From the IMG/VR virus record IMGVR_UViG_3300031417_000379: a stretch of DNA of 64,000 bases; one strand, given 5' to 3'. Made by a program: the position numbers and the translations under genes. The notes beneath the pieces are model-generated. The model was given only the letters and a program-made list of their open reading frames with translations, did no database searches and had not been told where the DNA came from. Every line of letters starts with the position of its first letter. The first letter of the stretch is position 1. Source of the stretch: a virus (lineage: Duplodnaviria > Heunggongvirae > Uroviricota > Caudoviricetes). Positions 9,348-18,548 of this stretch are shown piece after piece.

Positions 9348-9903
9348 CGATACTCTCCTCACGCTTACTAGCGTAAAACTCTGGATAGTAGCCAATTCTG
9401 GTGACGAGCTTTTGAGCTTCGATAATAGCTTTATAGACATTGAGGCTATTGATCTGAGAAAGACGATTCGAGTTAAATAGGTCCAATGTTAAGTAGTAAG
9501 TGGACGCGAACGCGCTCAGCAATTTTAGCTCATCCAGGTTAAGCGAAGAACTCCTCGTTTCAAGCTCCTCTACCACGGAATAAAGTAGGTTGAGCATCGC
9601 TTCAACTTCTTTGCGAACATCTTCTTGCTTTCCCCAGTAATTCCAGAGCTTGACAGCTTCATCAAAACGATCGCTAGCAATAGCCGAACCTTGTGGCTTG
9701 AGAGCTAGAGTCTTGAAGTGCTTCTTGAGCACCGCTAGATGCATCTGGATAAGCTCACTTTGAGCGATTGGATCGCTGCTGAGATAACCTTTCAGAACGG
9801 TTGCAGAGTAGTACGCATCGTTTGATAGCTCTTTGCTACCGTCGCCACAAATCACCTCATTTAAGAAGCGTAGAGTCAACGTCCTTCTATCGCGGTAGAT
9901 CAT
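9334..9903 (-). CDS. tandem-array protein H
   Basis: 189 aa; coupled to I. Confidence 0.75.
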   Translation of the reverse strand: MIYRDRRTLTLRFLNEVICGDGSKELSNDAYYSATVLKGYLSSDPIAQSELIQMHLAVLKKHFKTLALKPQGSAIASDRFDEAVKLWNYWGKQEDVRKEVEAMLNLLYSVVEELETRSSSLNLDELKLLSAFASTYYLTLDLFNSNRLSQINSLNVYKAIIEAQKLVTRIGYYPEFYASKREESIDALL

Positions 9904-10514
9904 AGGAGCGTCTCGAGAGTGATCGCTGTCTCAAAGTCCTCAATAGCCTCTTCAAGCGCATCCATTCGTGCGTTGGCTAACACGTCGTTGGGAAAGCTCT
10001 TGCACAATGCTACTACGTTCTCTTTGAATAGGCCTGCTAGCTCATAAGCAGCTTCTTCGTCAAGGCTCTCTGAAGCGTAGAATCGCTCGATGGCCGGTTG
10101 AAGAATGGCCTTACGCGGCTGAAACAGCTCGGCTGTTGCACTGCTTCTGTCGACTGTAGTTCTCGTGAGCTCCATAACTCTTTCAAGCTTGAGCTTGAGC
10201 TGCGGCCTGTGAACAAAACGAGCTACGGTTGCGTCAGTGTAAGGCACGATCCAGGATACGAAAAGCTCTAAGACTTGGCGCTTCATCGGTAAACGAACCG
10301 AACGAATTACCTGCTTAAGCGTCGGCTCAACATTCCTAAGTGTGGCTAAAAGAGGCGGATTACCCTTAGCTCTACCCTCGGTACTACTACAGTAGTAATG
10401 GAGCTCATTGCCGAGCTCAAGAAGCTTTGGGACTTTCTGATGACGCCCGATTGTCCGAAGCTGATCAGCAATCTCAATCGCAGAGTTATAGCGTGTCAGG
10501 TAAAACCTATCCAT
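9900..10514 (-). CDS. tandem-array protein I
   Basis: 204 aa; shares motif VPKLLELGNELHYY with J (LAKLSKLGGQLHGF) and K (LPKLLEVGSTLDAQY), supporting paralogy. Confidence 0.8.
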   Translation of the reverse strand: MDRFYLTRYNSAIEIADQLRTIGRHQKVPKLLELGNELHYYCSSTEGRAKGNPPLLATLRNVEPTLKQVIRSVRLPMKRQVLELFVSWIVPYTDATVARFVHRPQLKLKLERVMELTRTTVDRSSATAELFQPRKAILQPAIERFYASESLDEEAAYELAGLFKENVVALCKSFPNDVLANARMDALEEAIEDFETAITLETLL

Positions 10515-11103
10515 TGGTTACCTCGTGCATGAGCGTAAGTACCTCAAGTCGCTCAATACCAGCCTCAAGCTTCGGCTTGAGCTCGCGATTAGAGCCGGTG
10601 TCAGCGGCGAAAGCCTGCACCTCGCACGCAAGCTCCAGGAACTTGGAAAGAGCCTCGCCGGTGAGTGATTCTCCGCCAAGAATAGAGATAACGATGGCCT
10701 CTATAGCAACGTAGCTGTCTGATCGCTCCTGACTCCACTGGTAACCCAACTTGTAGAGACAATCCATGACCTCGCTCACAGCTGCCTTTGTCTGTGGCTC
10801 AACAGTGAGTCGATTGTAGAGCGATGTCACAGCAACTTCGGCTTCGTTGCGGTAAGCCTTGAGCCGTTCTCTCTTATCATCGTTACGCACGTGCCTAATG
10901 TGACCGTCGATCACCGGAAGAAGAGTTGGCAGTAGTTTGATGGCGCCCAACCGGTGCGGCTCACTAAGCTCACTCCGGTATGAAAATCCGTGGAGTTGGC
11001 CTCCGAGCTTTGAAAGCTTAGCAAGCCCAAGCCTTGAGCCGGTACGCTGAGCCGTGATTGCAAGATCCAACAGCTCTTTCACCGCCGGCATGTACTTGAT
11101 CAC
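10507..11103 (-). CDS. tandem-array protein J
   Basis: 198 aa; paralog motif as above. Confidence 0.8.
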   Translation of the reverse strand: MIKYMPAVKELLDLAITAQRTGSRLGLAKLSKLGGQLHGFSYRSELSEPHRLGAIKLLPTLLPVIDGHIRHVRNDDKRERLKAYRNEAEVAVTSLYNRLTVEPQTKAAVSEVMDCLYKLGYQWSQERSDSYVAIEAIVISILGGESLTGEALSKFLELACEVQAFAADTGSNRELKPKLEAGIERLEVLTLMHEVTNG

Positions 11104-11267
11104 TAAGGTCTCCTCTAAGCTTTTGCCGATCTTATCATGAGAAAGTTAGGTTGGCAATCGGTAACAAACGCTCTAGATGACAGTTTAAGCGTTTGTAAAG
11201 CTAGGATGACAGGTTGTACGGCTCTTCGCCAATCTACTGTTAGCGACTGATCTCGTCACTTAGAAGC
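11104..11267. promoter_or_regulatory. 164-bp intergenic region inside the array with a 9-bp inverted repeat and gatgacag direct repeats
   Basis: acaaacgct(11164-11172)/agcgtttgt(11188-11196) inverted repeat; gatgacag at 11176-11183 and 11205-11212; the only sizeable gap in the 12-gene array, so a candidate internal promoter/operator. Confidence 0.35.
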
Positions 11268-11915
11268 TTAATTATCTGTCACCGCGAAGTCGAGTTCAAT
11301 CTGAAGCTCTGCTTCTGCTAGAGCGACTTCCATTCGTGAGGCGGCTACAACGCTATCCTGCTCTATCTGAGCCACCATAAGCTCGCCTAGCTCAAAGAAA
11401 CGGCTGAGTGATTCGATTTTCAACTCTCTGCTATCTACCAAGGCAAAAGCTTCCTCGCGAAAAGCATTCTCCACTGCTACTCGAGCTGAACGTCGATGCT
11501 TTCGCCTGTCAACGTTCGCGTCGATGGCTCTGAGCGGCTTCAAAAGTATGGCTTTGCGCGTAAACTGCGAAGTAAAGCGTTCGTAGCTATCAGTAGCAAG
11601 CGGTTCGGCTAGTGCTCGAAGATTTAATAGCGTCTCTCTCGTTTCGTCCTTCTTGAGACGAGAGTACTGTGCGTCTAAAGTTGAACCTACTTCCAGAAGT
11701 TTAGGTAAGCTCTCAGGTTCAAGCTTTCCTTTCCAAAGCCGTTGGCTGTTTGGAAGACTGAAAGCCAATGACATGATACTGGAGAGCTTGTGTTTTACCC
11801 CGTAGTTGTAGAACAAAGCCCGGACTGTCTGCATTCTTACGTGAGCGTTCTCAAGCTCAATCTCCCGAGTGCTCCAAGGGAGTGCCTTGTAGAGCAACGA
11901 ACCCTCAATAGCCAC
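11268..11915 (-). CDS. tandem-array protein K
   Basis: 215 aa; paralog motif shared with I and J. Confidence 0.8.
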   Translation of the reverse strand: MAIEGSLLYKALPWSTREIELENAHVRMQTVRALFYNYGVKHKLSSIMSLAFSLPNSQRLWKGKLEPESLPKLLEVGSTLDAQYSRLKKDETRETLLNLRALAEPLATDSYERFTSQFTRKAILLKPLRAIDANVDRRKHRRSARVAVENAFREEAFALVDSRELKIESLSRFFELGELMVAQIEQDSVVAASRMEVALAEAELQIELDFAVTDN

Positions 11916-12572
11916 TTACAGAACCCCGGTCTGTCGCATAAGAAGAGCAACCTCAAGTTCGTCTTCAGCATCTTTCGGTAGAGCAACCTGCACGCCGAGT
12001 AACTGAAGCTTCGTAATGAGCGCTTCAGCAGCCTTGTGATACTTATCTAGAGTATTGAACGTCACAGTACGGGAGCTCATAACATTCGTAAGCTGGCCAA
12101 CAAGGTTGAACTCTTCAGTTTCAGTTTGCTTACGCTTTGAGAATGCTGCTCTAAGTTGCTCGTTGACACTGTGGTGCAGCTTTAACACCACTGTTTTGAT
12201 TTGTGTGTCACTACTAAGAATCTCAGTGAGGTCAGCAGCAAGTGGCAGCGCAACCGCCTCGAACTCCGCAAAGTCAGCCTTGCGTTCTTCTGAACGGAGT
12301 CGCTTTCTCTGAGCTTCAAGCTTCTGAGCTAGCTCTTTGAGTCCGAGGAATCGGTCACTGGTGTAGAAGTCTGAGCGAATCTTAAGCATGTTGGGAAGGC
12401 AGCGGCCTTGACGAAGCACTATAGATAACCCGCTTGCATGCCCGTAGTCTTGCAGTAGGTAAGTAAGTGTATCGAGCTTCTTATCGAAGGTCCAACCTGA
12501 AAAGTGCTTTGCAGATTTTAGGCGGCGGTAGTAGCTTTGATGTCTCAAAACTCGTCTCTGCGCGGCGTGCAT
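11916..12572 (-). CDS. tandem-array protein L (first member; ATGA overlap with the SNF2 helicase stop)
   Basis: 218 aa; start codon 12570-12572 overlaps the helicase TGA at 12572-12574. Confidence 0.8.
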   Translation of the reverse strand: MHAAQRRVLRHQSYYRRLKSAKHFSGWTFDKKLDTLTYLLQDYGHASGLSIVLRQGRCLPNMLKIRSDFYTSDRFLGLKELAQKLEAQRKRLRSEERKADFAEFEAVALPLAADLTEILSSDTQIKTVVLKLHHSVNEQLRAAFSKRKQTETEEFNLVGQLTNVMSSRTVTFNTLDKYHKAAEALITKLQLLGVQVALPKDAEDELEVALLMRQTGVL

Positions 12573-15409
12573 CAGACACCCCAGGCTCGTCGCTCAGCCT
12601 CGAAGAGAGAGCCCTGTTCGCCGGCAACAGCGTCGTCAAACGCGTGGAGGTCGCTCACGCCGGCGGTGGCGTCGAAGAGCTTCTGCTTCTCGTTCTGCAT
12701 CGCAACCCAGCGCTCATCGATGGTGTTCTTCCCTCGAAAACGCACAACGGTTACCGGCTTGGTCTGACCCATGCGATAAGCGCGGCGAATGGCCTGAGAC
12801 TCAAGTGAGGGCTTGGTCTGAGGCTCAAGGATAAGCACCAGTGAGGCCGCCTGGATGTTGAGCCCGGTGCCTCCCGCCTTGATCTGTGCGAGAAGAACGC
12901 CAGGCTTTTCAGCCTTAGTGAACGCATCCACCTGCTCCTGACGTTCGGATGAGCTCAGGTCGCCGGTGAGCGGGACGAACGGATCATCTTCCTTGAGCTC
13001 GTTCTGCAGGACGCTAATAGCCTCACGATAGAAGCTGAAGATCAGCACCTTGTTGTCGTTGGCCATTGCTTCGCTTACGAGCTCCTTGATACGCTGAACA
13101 GTACTCGACTTCGACCCCGCCAGAACCTTTGCTCGCCGAGCCATGTTCCAGTCACCGGCCTGAAGTGCGCGCTTATAGTATTCAGCGTCGGCTTCGGAAA
13201 GCTCGATGAACTCTTCGGTCTCAAGCAGCTCAGGAAGCTCCTGAAGTACATCTACCTGGTTGCGGCGCAGGTAGGCCGGGGCGATTGCCTTACGGAAAGC
13301 AGTGTAGATGGTCTTGTTCTTCGGCATCTTCAAGTGCGGCTGAACGTACGAAAGAAGCTGTTCGAACTCCTCAAGCTTGTTCTCGAGCGCCGTTCCGGTC
13401 ATGAGAAGTGCACGTTCGCCGGCCTTAACCCAAGGAATCACACCTCGAGTACGAAGAGTCTCCGGGTTCTTCAGATAATGCGCTTCGTCAACCACAGTGA
13501 GATCGGTACTGGTGATGGAGCTCACTAGATGATGAGCGTTTACCTTCTGGATACTCTCGAAGGTGGCTAGAGCAAGACCTCCGTTGGTAGCCCAGCTCTG
13601 GAGGTTATCCTCGAGCTCCTCACCGTAGAGCATGTGCGGTTCGAAGTCCGTGTGCTTGAGTACCTCACGACGCCAGTTCTCAAGCACGGCCAGCGGCACG
13701 ATGACAAGGAATCGGTTGTGATCAGTGTTCTGTAGGTGCTTGGCTAATCCAAGTGCGGTTACGGTCTTGCCGAGCCCCATCTCGTCACCGACAACAACTC
13801 GACGCTGGTGGAGTGCGTACTGAACAGCGAAGGTCTGGTACGAACGAAGCTGAGACTTCATACCTTCGGTCTCGAGTTCGATGTTTCGGATTGCTGCGGT
13901 GAGCTCAGGAGCCAGGAAGCCGGAGATCTGTTCGAGTGTAAGAGCGTTGAATCCGAGTGCGCTCAGCATGGTCTGGAACGTGGCAGGGTTCTCGCGGAAG
14001 TAGAGGCGAGCCTCGTCTACCGTAGGCTCAGCGTACTCCTCAGAAAGACGCTGCAGGCGGTCCGTGTCCGTGTAGGTGTCAAGCGAACCGATCAGGTGCT
14101 TCACCGCAGCCTCGTTACGAGCTACCAGGTGAAGCTGCTCAGGATCATCCTGAAGAAGCTTTGCGAGAGCTTCAAACTGAGTCTTCGAAGGGTGTGGGCG
14201 AAGCTGGTCGAGCTGCAGCTTGTAGCTCTTACGGAGGAATTCCTCAAAGTAAGAGTCCTTATCCGTGAGTCGCGGATAGCCTCGAAGAAGCTTCTGATCA
14301 CGAGCGTAGGTTCTCATGAGCTGCACACCGAAGTTCAACGACTGACCCTCGAAGAGCCGCTCAGCCTTATCGGCAAGACGAAGCACGGCACCGACCGTCG
14401 GAGTCTGATCGCTCGCATCCATGTGAGTTTTTGCGAGGTCGTTGAAGCGATTCTCGAGGAGTCGTCGCGGGAAGCCCTGTCCCTTAGTGTGCTTAGCAAA
14501 AGCCTCCAGCGAGAGTGAGTTCAGGTGGTCACGTAGACGGCGAGTAGTGAGCTTATCGAGCTCTTCACGAAGATCTTCGTTAAGCTGAGCCTGACGCTCA
14601 AAGCTCTTCTGGATCACTACGATTGCAGCCTGGACAGCCTGCATCTTCTCCACGTCGAGAGTCACCACCACCGAGCCGGTGGGGAAGTCCTTAAGTGACT
14701 CAAGCTTTGTGACAGCCTGAAGCCAGTCGCTCAGCTCCGGTAGACGACGCCCAGCCGAAAGGCTAGCGCGAGAATCCATGAGCCCGGCGATGACGTGGAG
14801 GTTACGGTCTCCGGGGTTCGTGGCGGAGAGAAGTAGCTGTGCGGAGCTTCGAAGGTTGACCTGACGCTCATCCTTAGCGACCGGCCACCAGCGCCAGCGC
14901 AGGTACTGCTCAGTGGGCGGAATGAGCTCTTTAAGGTTCTTTAGATCCTGAACGAAGGCTTCTGCGTTCGGCACTCCCCAGAGATCGTGAGCCAGGAGGA
15001 ACCCACCGATGGCTCGCTGAGTGATCTTATTCACCGGGATAGCCACGATGGAGATCTCGCCGTCACGCTGGAACACAGAAATTGCGTTGGAGAAGTCACC
15101 CTTAGTGGAGGAAAGCTCTTTACCAGCATCGTTGAGCAGTTCGTTGACGCTCTCTACGGCCTCGATGGCCACGCGGAGCTTCTTACGGTCTTCGCCGTCG
15201 AGCGCGAGTTTCTCATCCCCGGTGTAGTTCACACGCGGGAAGAACGAAGAATCCTGAGTAGGAGTCCAGTCGTTGAGGAAGCTAAAGTCAGGGCTGTCAG
15301 TCACCGTCTGGAGAAGATCGGTGATCGCGGTGACGCCTCGCGTGTTGATCGCCATGAGCCTACTTTCTTGAACGTTTGTGGAGCGACCCGCTCTTGGGAG
15401 TCGGCTCAA
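12572..15409 (-). CDS. SNF2/RAD54-family helicase with ~500-aa N-terminal extension of unknown function
   Basis: Motif I GDEMGLGKT, motif II DEAHYLKN, motif III LLMTGTALEN, helicase-C GGTGLN and QAIRRAYRMGQ all present in the C-terminal half. Confidence 0.9.
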   Translation of the reverse strand: MSRLPRAGRSTNVQESRLMAINTRGVTAITDLLQTVTDSPDFSFLNDWTPTQDSSFFPRVNYTGDEKLALDGEDRKKLRVAIEAVESVNELLNDAGKELSSTKGDFSNAISVFQRDGEISIVAIPVNKITQRAIGGFLLAHDLWGVPNAEAFVQDLKNLKELIPPTEQYLRWRWWPVAKDERQVNLRSSAQLLLSATNPGDRNLHVIAGLMDSRASLSAGRRLPELSDWLQAVTKLESLKDFPTGSVVVTLDVEKMQAVQAAIVVIQKSFERQAQLNEDLREELDKLTTRRLRDHLNSLSLEAFAKHTKGQGFPRRLLENRFNDLAKTHMDASDQTPTVGAVLRLADKAERLFEGQSLNFGVQLMRTYARDQKLLRGYPRLTDKDSYFEEFLRKSYKLQLDQLRPHPSKTQFEALAKLLQDDPEQLHLVARNEAAVKHLIGSLDTYTDTDRLQRLSEEYAEPTVDEARLYFRENPATFQTMLSALGFNALTLEQISGFLAPELTAAIRNIELETEGMKSQLRSYQTFAVQYALHQRRVVVGDEMGLGKTVTALGLAKHLQNTDHNRFLVIVPLAVLENWRREVLKHTDFEPHMLYGEELEDNLQSWATNGGLALATFESIQKVNAHHLVSSITSTDLTVVDEAHYLKNPETLRTRGVIPWVKAGERALLMTGTALENKLEEFEQLLSYVQPHLKMPKNKTIYTAFRKAIAPAYLRRNQVDVLQELPELLETEEFIELSEADAEYYKRALQAGDWNMARRAKVLAGSKSSTVQRIKELVSEAMANDNKVLIFSFYREAISVLQNELKEDDPFVPLTGDLSSSERQEQVDAFTKAEKPGVLLAQIKAGGTGLNIQAASLVLILEPQTKPSLESQAIRRAYRMGQTKPVTVVRFRGKNTIDERWVAMQNEKQKLFDATAGVSDLHAFDDAVAGEQGSLFEAERRAWGV

Positions 15410-15418
15410 TCTCTTACA

Positions 15419-15460
15419 CTAACGGGCCAGACTCGGTTTGTCAACCGGCTGGCCCGTTAG
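15419..15460. terminator. 12-bp perfect inverted repeat (ctaacgggccag/ctggcccgttag), 18-nt loop
   Basis: Between the BI-1 family gene stop (15471) and the SNF2 helicase start (15409). Confidence 0.45.
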
Positions 15461-15470
15461 CTTTCACTCA

Positions 15471-16139
15471 TCAGCGAAAGATACTGAGGATCCTTAGCAG
15501 ACTCATGAAGATGTTCCAGATGTCCAGGAAGATGTTCAAAGCGAAGACACCGGGGTGGATGTCAGTGCCGTACTTATCCGCGTTCTTCAGGCTCTGGATA
15601 TCCATCACACTGTAGATCGAGAAGATTACGAGCGAACCGATAGCGATGAGCACCTGCAGGGCTCCGAGGTGGAACACGAAGGCGTTGAGAAGCGAGATAA
15701 CGATGACGCCCAGGAGGATAAAGAACATCGGCTTATACCAGCCGGAGAGGTCCTTCTTAGTGGTCCAACCCCAGATCGCCATGCTGCCGAAGACCACCAC
15801 TGTGCCGGCAGCGGCCATCACGATGAGATCTCCCATCCCGGACTGAACGTAGTAGTTCAATGCCGGATATGAGACAGCGCCGACGATGGCTGGGATTGCG
15901 ATGGCCAGCGGACCGGCCAGATACTTAGCCGCCTTACGGACAAACGCGGAGAGCAAGAGCAATCCGAGAGCCACGAAGTAGAGCGGCATGATGAGCGTCG
16001 GAGGGATAAAAGGTCCAATGAGCAGGATGCCGAGAAGCGCCGCTGCGAAGCCACCGGCGAGCCAGGTCATCACCTGCCCAAAGAAGCGAGGTTCAGTACC
16101 TCGCGAGGTGCGAGACGGCTTCAGATCAGTAAAAGTCAC
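15471..16139 (-). CDS. Bax-inhibitor-1/YccA-family membrane protein
   Basis: ~7 predicted TM helices and C-terminal ALNIFLDIWNIFMSLLRILSIF matching the conserved C-terminus of the BI-1/YccA family (..LYLDF.N.FL.LLRIL..). Confidence 0.75.
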   Translation of the reverse strand: MTFTDLKPSRTSRGTEPRFFGQVMTWLAGGFAAALLGILLIGPFIPPTLIMPLYFVALGLLLLSAFVRKAAKYLAGPLAIAIPAIVGAVSYPALNYYVQSGMGDLIVMAAAGTVVVFGSMAIWGWTTKKDLSGWYKPMFFILLGVIVISLLNAFVFHLGALQVLIAIGSLVIFSIYSVMDIQSLKNADKYGTDIHPGVFALNIFLDIWNIFMSLLRILSIFR

Positions 16140-16171
16140 TGCTATTACTCCTTAGTTGAGTAGTAGGAATA

Positions 16172-16792
16172 TCACGCTAGCGGACGTGTCACCGGAAGCT
16201 CAGCAGTTTCGCCAAGCTCCATCATAGCATCGGTAGTCATAACGCTTCCCACGATGATCGGGATCTTCCGGTAAGGTCGAAGCCCAGTGAGCGCAAGTAG
16301 CTGACTAGCGAAGCTACGAGCATCATACATGCGGATCATCTCTGGTTCAATTTCGTCGTCATCAAGGACATCAAACGTGGTGGTCTGCTCAGCCACGTGG
16401 CCTAAGGACTCCGCAACACGAACTACCACATCGAGAATCTCAGGATGAGTAGCTGCTTGAAGAAGAGTCACCATGTCAGCCATGGAGGTTTCTACCAGCT
16501 CCTCCTTCTTAGAAGCCTCGTCAAGAAGCTTAAGAATCTGTGGAGTGATAACGCTCTCCAGAGCCTTACGCGACTCCTTCTTGCGAAGAGCGTGAAGCTC
16601 CCAATCGAGCTTTGTCTCGCAGTACCAGAGGTGGTTCCCCGAAGCCTTTACAATGGTGCCGTCGTCAAGCTCGATCTCCCACATGCTTTCGGGCGTGTGG
16701 ATGTCATGAACTCGAGTAACCTCTACCGGCTGACCATCCGAGCCAAGAACCCAATCGCCGGGCTCTACATCGCCAAAGTTCTTTACAGTCAT
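16172..16792 (-). CDS. hypothetical protein
   Basis: 206-aa ORF; N-terminal GDWVLGSDGQPVEVTRVHDI..IELDDGTIVKASGNHLWY has a faint Hint/beta-strand-rich look but no catalytic Cys/Ser. Confidence 0.65.
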   Translation of the reverse strand: MTVKNFGDVEPGDWVLGSDGQPVEVTRVHDIHTPESMWEIELDDGTIVKASGNHLWYCETKLDWELHALRKKESRKALESVITPQILKLLDEASKKEELVETSMADMVTLLQAATHPEILDVVVRVAESLGHVAEQTTTFDVLDDDEIEPEMIRMYDARSFASQLLALTGLRPYRKIPIIVGSVMTTDAMMELGETAELPVTRPLA

Positions 16793-17697
16793 GGTCGTTG
16801 CTCCTCTAACGCTTCGAGATAGGCATCCCAGTCAGCATCCTGTTTCTCAAGCGCCGCCTGTCGCTCTATCACCCATTGTTCCTTTTCAGCACGCACCGGT
16901 GCCATGCGACGAAGCGCATCTGGCTTGGTGATGTCCCAAACCACACCGATACGGATAGAACCAAAATCTCGATCGTGCACCGGCACCTTGTAGAACGCCT
17001 CAGCAAGCTTTTGATTAGCGTCCCCGACGAAGATAGCCGACTCTGCAGCTTTCACGACACCTACAGAAAGATCAGATGCTTCTTTCGTGGCTAGAATCGG
17101 ATATATCCGTTCCTTATGAGCGTTAGTGAAGAACTCTTCTAACTCATCTAATAAAGCTTGACTTGAGTGAAGCTCTTGCAGCGCATCGGCATCGAGCTTC
17201 AAAAACATGAGAAGGCCAGTGCGTCTTTTTGGGCCGTAAGGTGTATCGGAGTAAGCTGCTCGTACTTCGTCACGGAAAACGTTGAGGTCACGTAGTAGTC
17301 CGGTGAGCGAAGGTGGGACTCGATAGACAAAGTCTCTTGAGAGCTTTGTGAGCTCTACAGCAAGTTCCCGCTGTGTAGCACCGAAGTCGTAGAACACGAC
17401 CTGCCCGTGGTCTTTGAATCCGGTTTCTTCCATGCTTCGACGTTTTGGCCTTGCAGCTGCCTTACGAAGTTTCGGCTCCCTGTACTGCTGGGTCGAGAGT
17501 TTCACTGCCCGCTTGAGCCGATTGAGAAGCTGATCTTCTTGGTCGCCGTAAGCGTATAGCCCGTTGGTGAAGTACGAAGCAGCCCAGTAAACAACGGCCG
17601 GGCTTCTTCCCCACCAGAAGTAGATAGTCTCGGGGCTAGAGTAACGCTGGAGCAGAGTAACGTCAAAGCCTAATGCTTTCTCGGTAACTCTATCCAT
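16789..17697 (-). CDS. hypothetical protein
   Basis: 302-aa ORF, 4-nt overlap with downstream gene. Confidence 0.75.
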   Translation of the reverse strand: MDRVTEKALGFDVTLLQRYSSPETIYFWWGRSPAVVYWAASYFTNGLYAYGDQEDQLLNRLKRAVKLSTQQYREPKLRKAAARPKRRSMEETGFKDHGQVVFYDFGATQRELAVELTKLSRDFVYRVPPSLTGLLRDLNVFRDEVRAAYSDTPYGPKRRTGLLMFLKLDADALQELHSSQALLDELEEFFTNAHKERIYPILATKEASDLSVGVVKAAESAIFVGDANQKLAEAFYKVPVHDRDFGSIRIGVVWDITKPDALRRMAPVRAEKEQWVIERQAALEKQDADWDAYLEALEEQRP

Positions 17698-17885
17698 CGT
17701 GATCCTTTCCTGCGAGAGCCAGCTAACAGCTTAGCCTCGCTGAGATTGTTCGGTTACGCAGGATATCACGTAACCGGGGTTAGTGCTGAAAAAGCCTTCT
17801 TAAGCTGCGCTAAACCGCCCAGTTTCCCCTACTGGCTATTGGGGTCACTAGACGGTCGAGCGTAGCGCTGTTTTGAGCTTCTAAC

Positions 17886-18548
17886 TTACTTCGAAGAATC
17901 CGTGCTACCGCTGGACTTCTGCTGTTGTAAGCCAAGCGACAATCGGAGCTGATCGAGGACGCTGTATGGGGCAAACTTCCACTTCCCATCAACGTAGACG
18001 AATTCCAGGCTGAAGGTATTTGCAGCACCCTGCTGGTTCACAAAAATGTTCATCGGAACCTGTGCTGTGCCAGTCTCCTGGTCGACGTAGATAGTCATAG
18101 GCCCGTCTGCGTAAAGAGACGCGATCTTGCCATCACTACTCGAAGCTTTTGAGAGGGAAGCAAAGGTAACGAGAGCCTGGTAGGTGGTGATCTTAAGCTC
18201 ATCCTTATCGAGCGTGTCAACGAACCGCGCCTTGTCGAGGAATCCGGCTGGTATATCTGTGATCTTAGCCTTGTCCAAAGAGCTCAGTAGCTTCTGGTAA
18301 TCTTCCTGTTTAGCCGGAGCGTTGGTCGACTCTAGAAGCTCAGTAGCCGCTTTGTAGACGTCAGCTCTGTCTTCATCGATCGGCTTTCCTGTGACGCTGC
18401 GCTGCACCTGCTTCGTTGATGAGGTCTGCTGTTGAGTCGGAGCACTACTATCACTGTTCTGCGATGCGACGTAGACGAGACCCCAGATGAGTCCGAGGAT
18501 AATAACCACCGCGCCGGCGATAGCTGTCATCACTAGTTTCTTGTTCAT
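17886..18548 (-). CDS. membrane-anchored (N-terminal TM) secreted-domain protein
   Basis: 220 aa; N-terminal hydrophobic helix then a polar domain; coupled to the upstream gene. Confidence 0.7.
   Translation of the reverse strand: MNKKLVMTAIAGAVVIILGLIWGLVYVASQNSDSSAPTQQQTSSTKQVQRSVTGKPIDEDRADVYKAATELLESTNAPAKQEDYQKLLSSLDKAKITDIPAGFLDKARFVDTLDKDELKITTYQALVTFASLSKASSSDGKIASLYADGPMTIYVDQETGTAQVPMNIFVNQQGAANTFSLEFVYVDGKWKFAPYSVLDQLRLSLGLQQQKSSGSTDSSK

Noticed and set aside
8730-9903. ~100-nt overlap between array genes G and H, suggesting a possible frameshift or fusion
   Set aside because: Different frames, and an internal ATG with a GAGGAG RBS (9345-9347) resolves it to a normal 14-nt coupled overlap; treated as start-site ambiguity.
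13808-14518. Plus-strand 236-aa ORF
   Set aside because: Antisense within the SNF2 helicase gene, whose motifs are intact on the minus strand.
16172-16792. Intein or Hint domain in the 206-aa protein
   Set aside because: No N-terminal Cys/Ser nucleophile, no C-terminal HN motif and no host extein; similarity is only a vague beta-strand-rich pattern.
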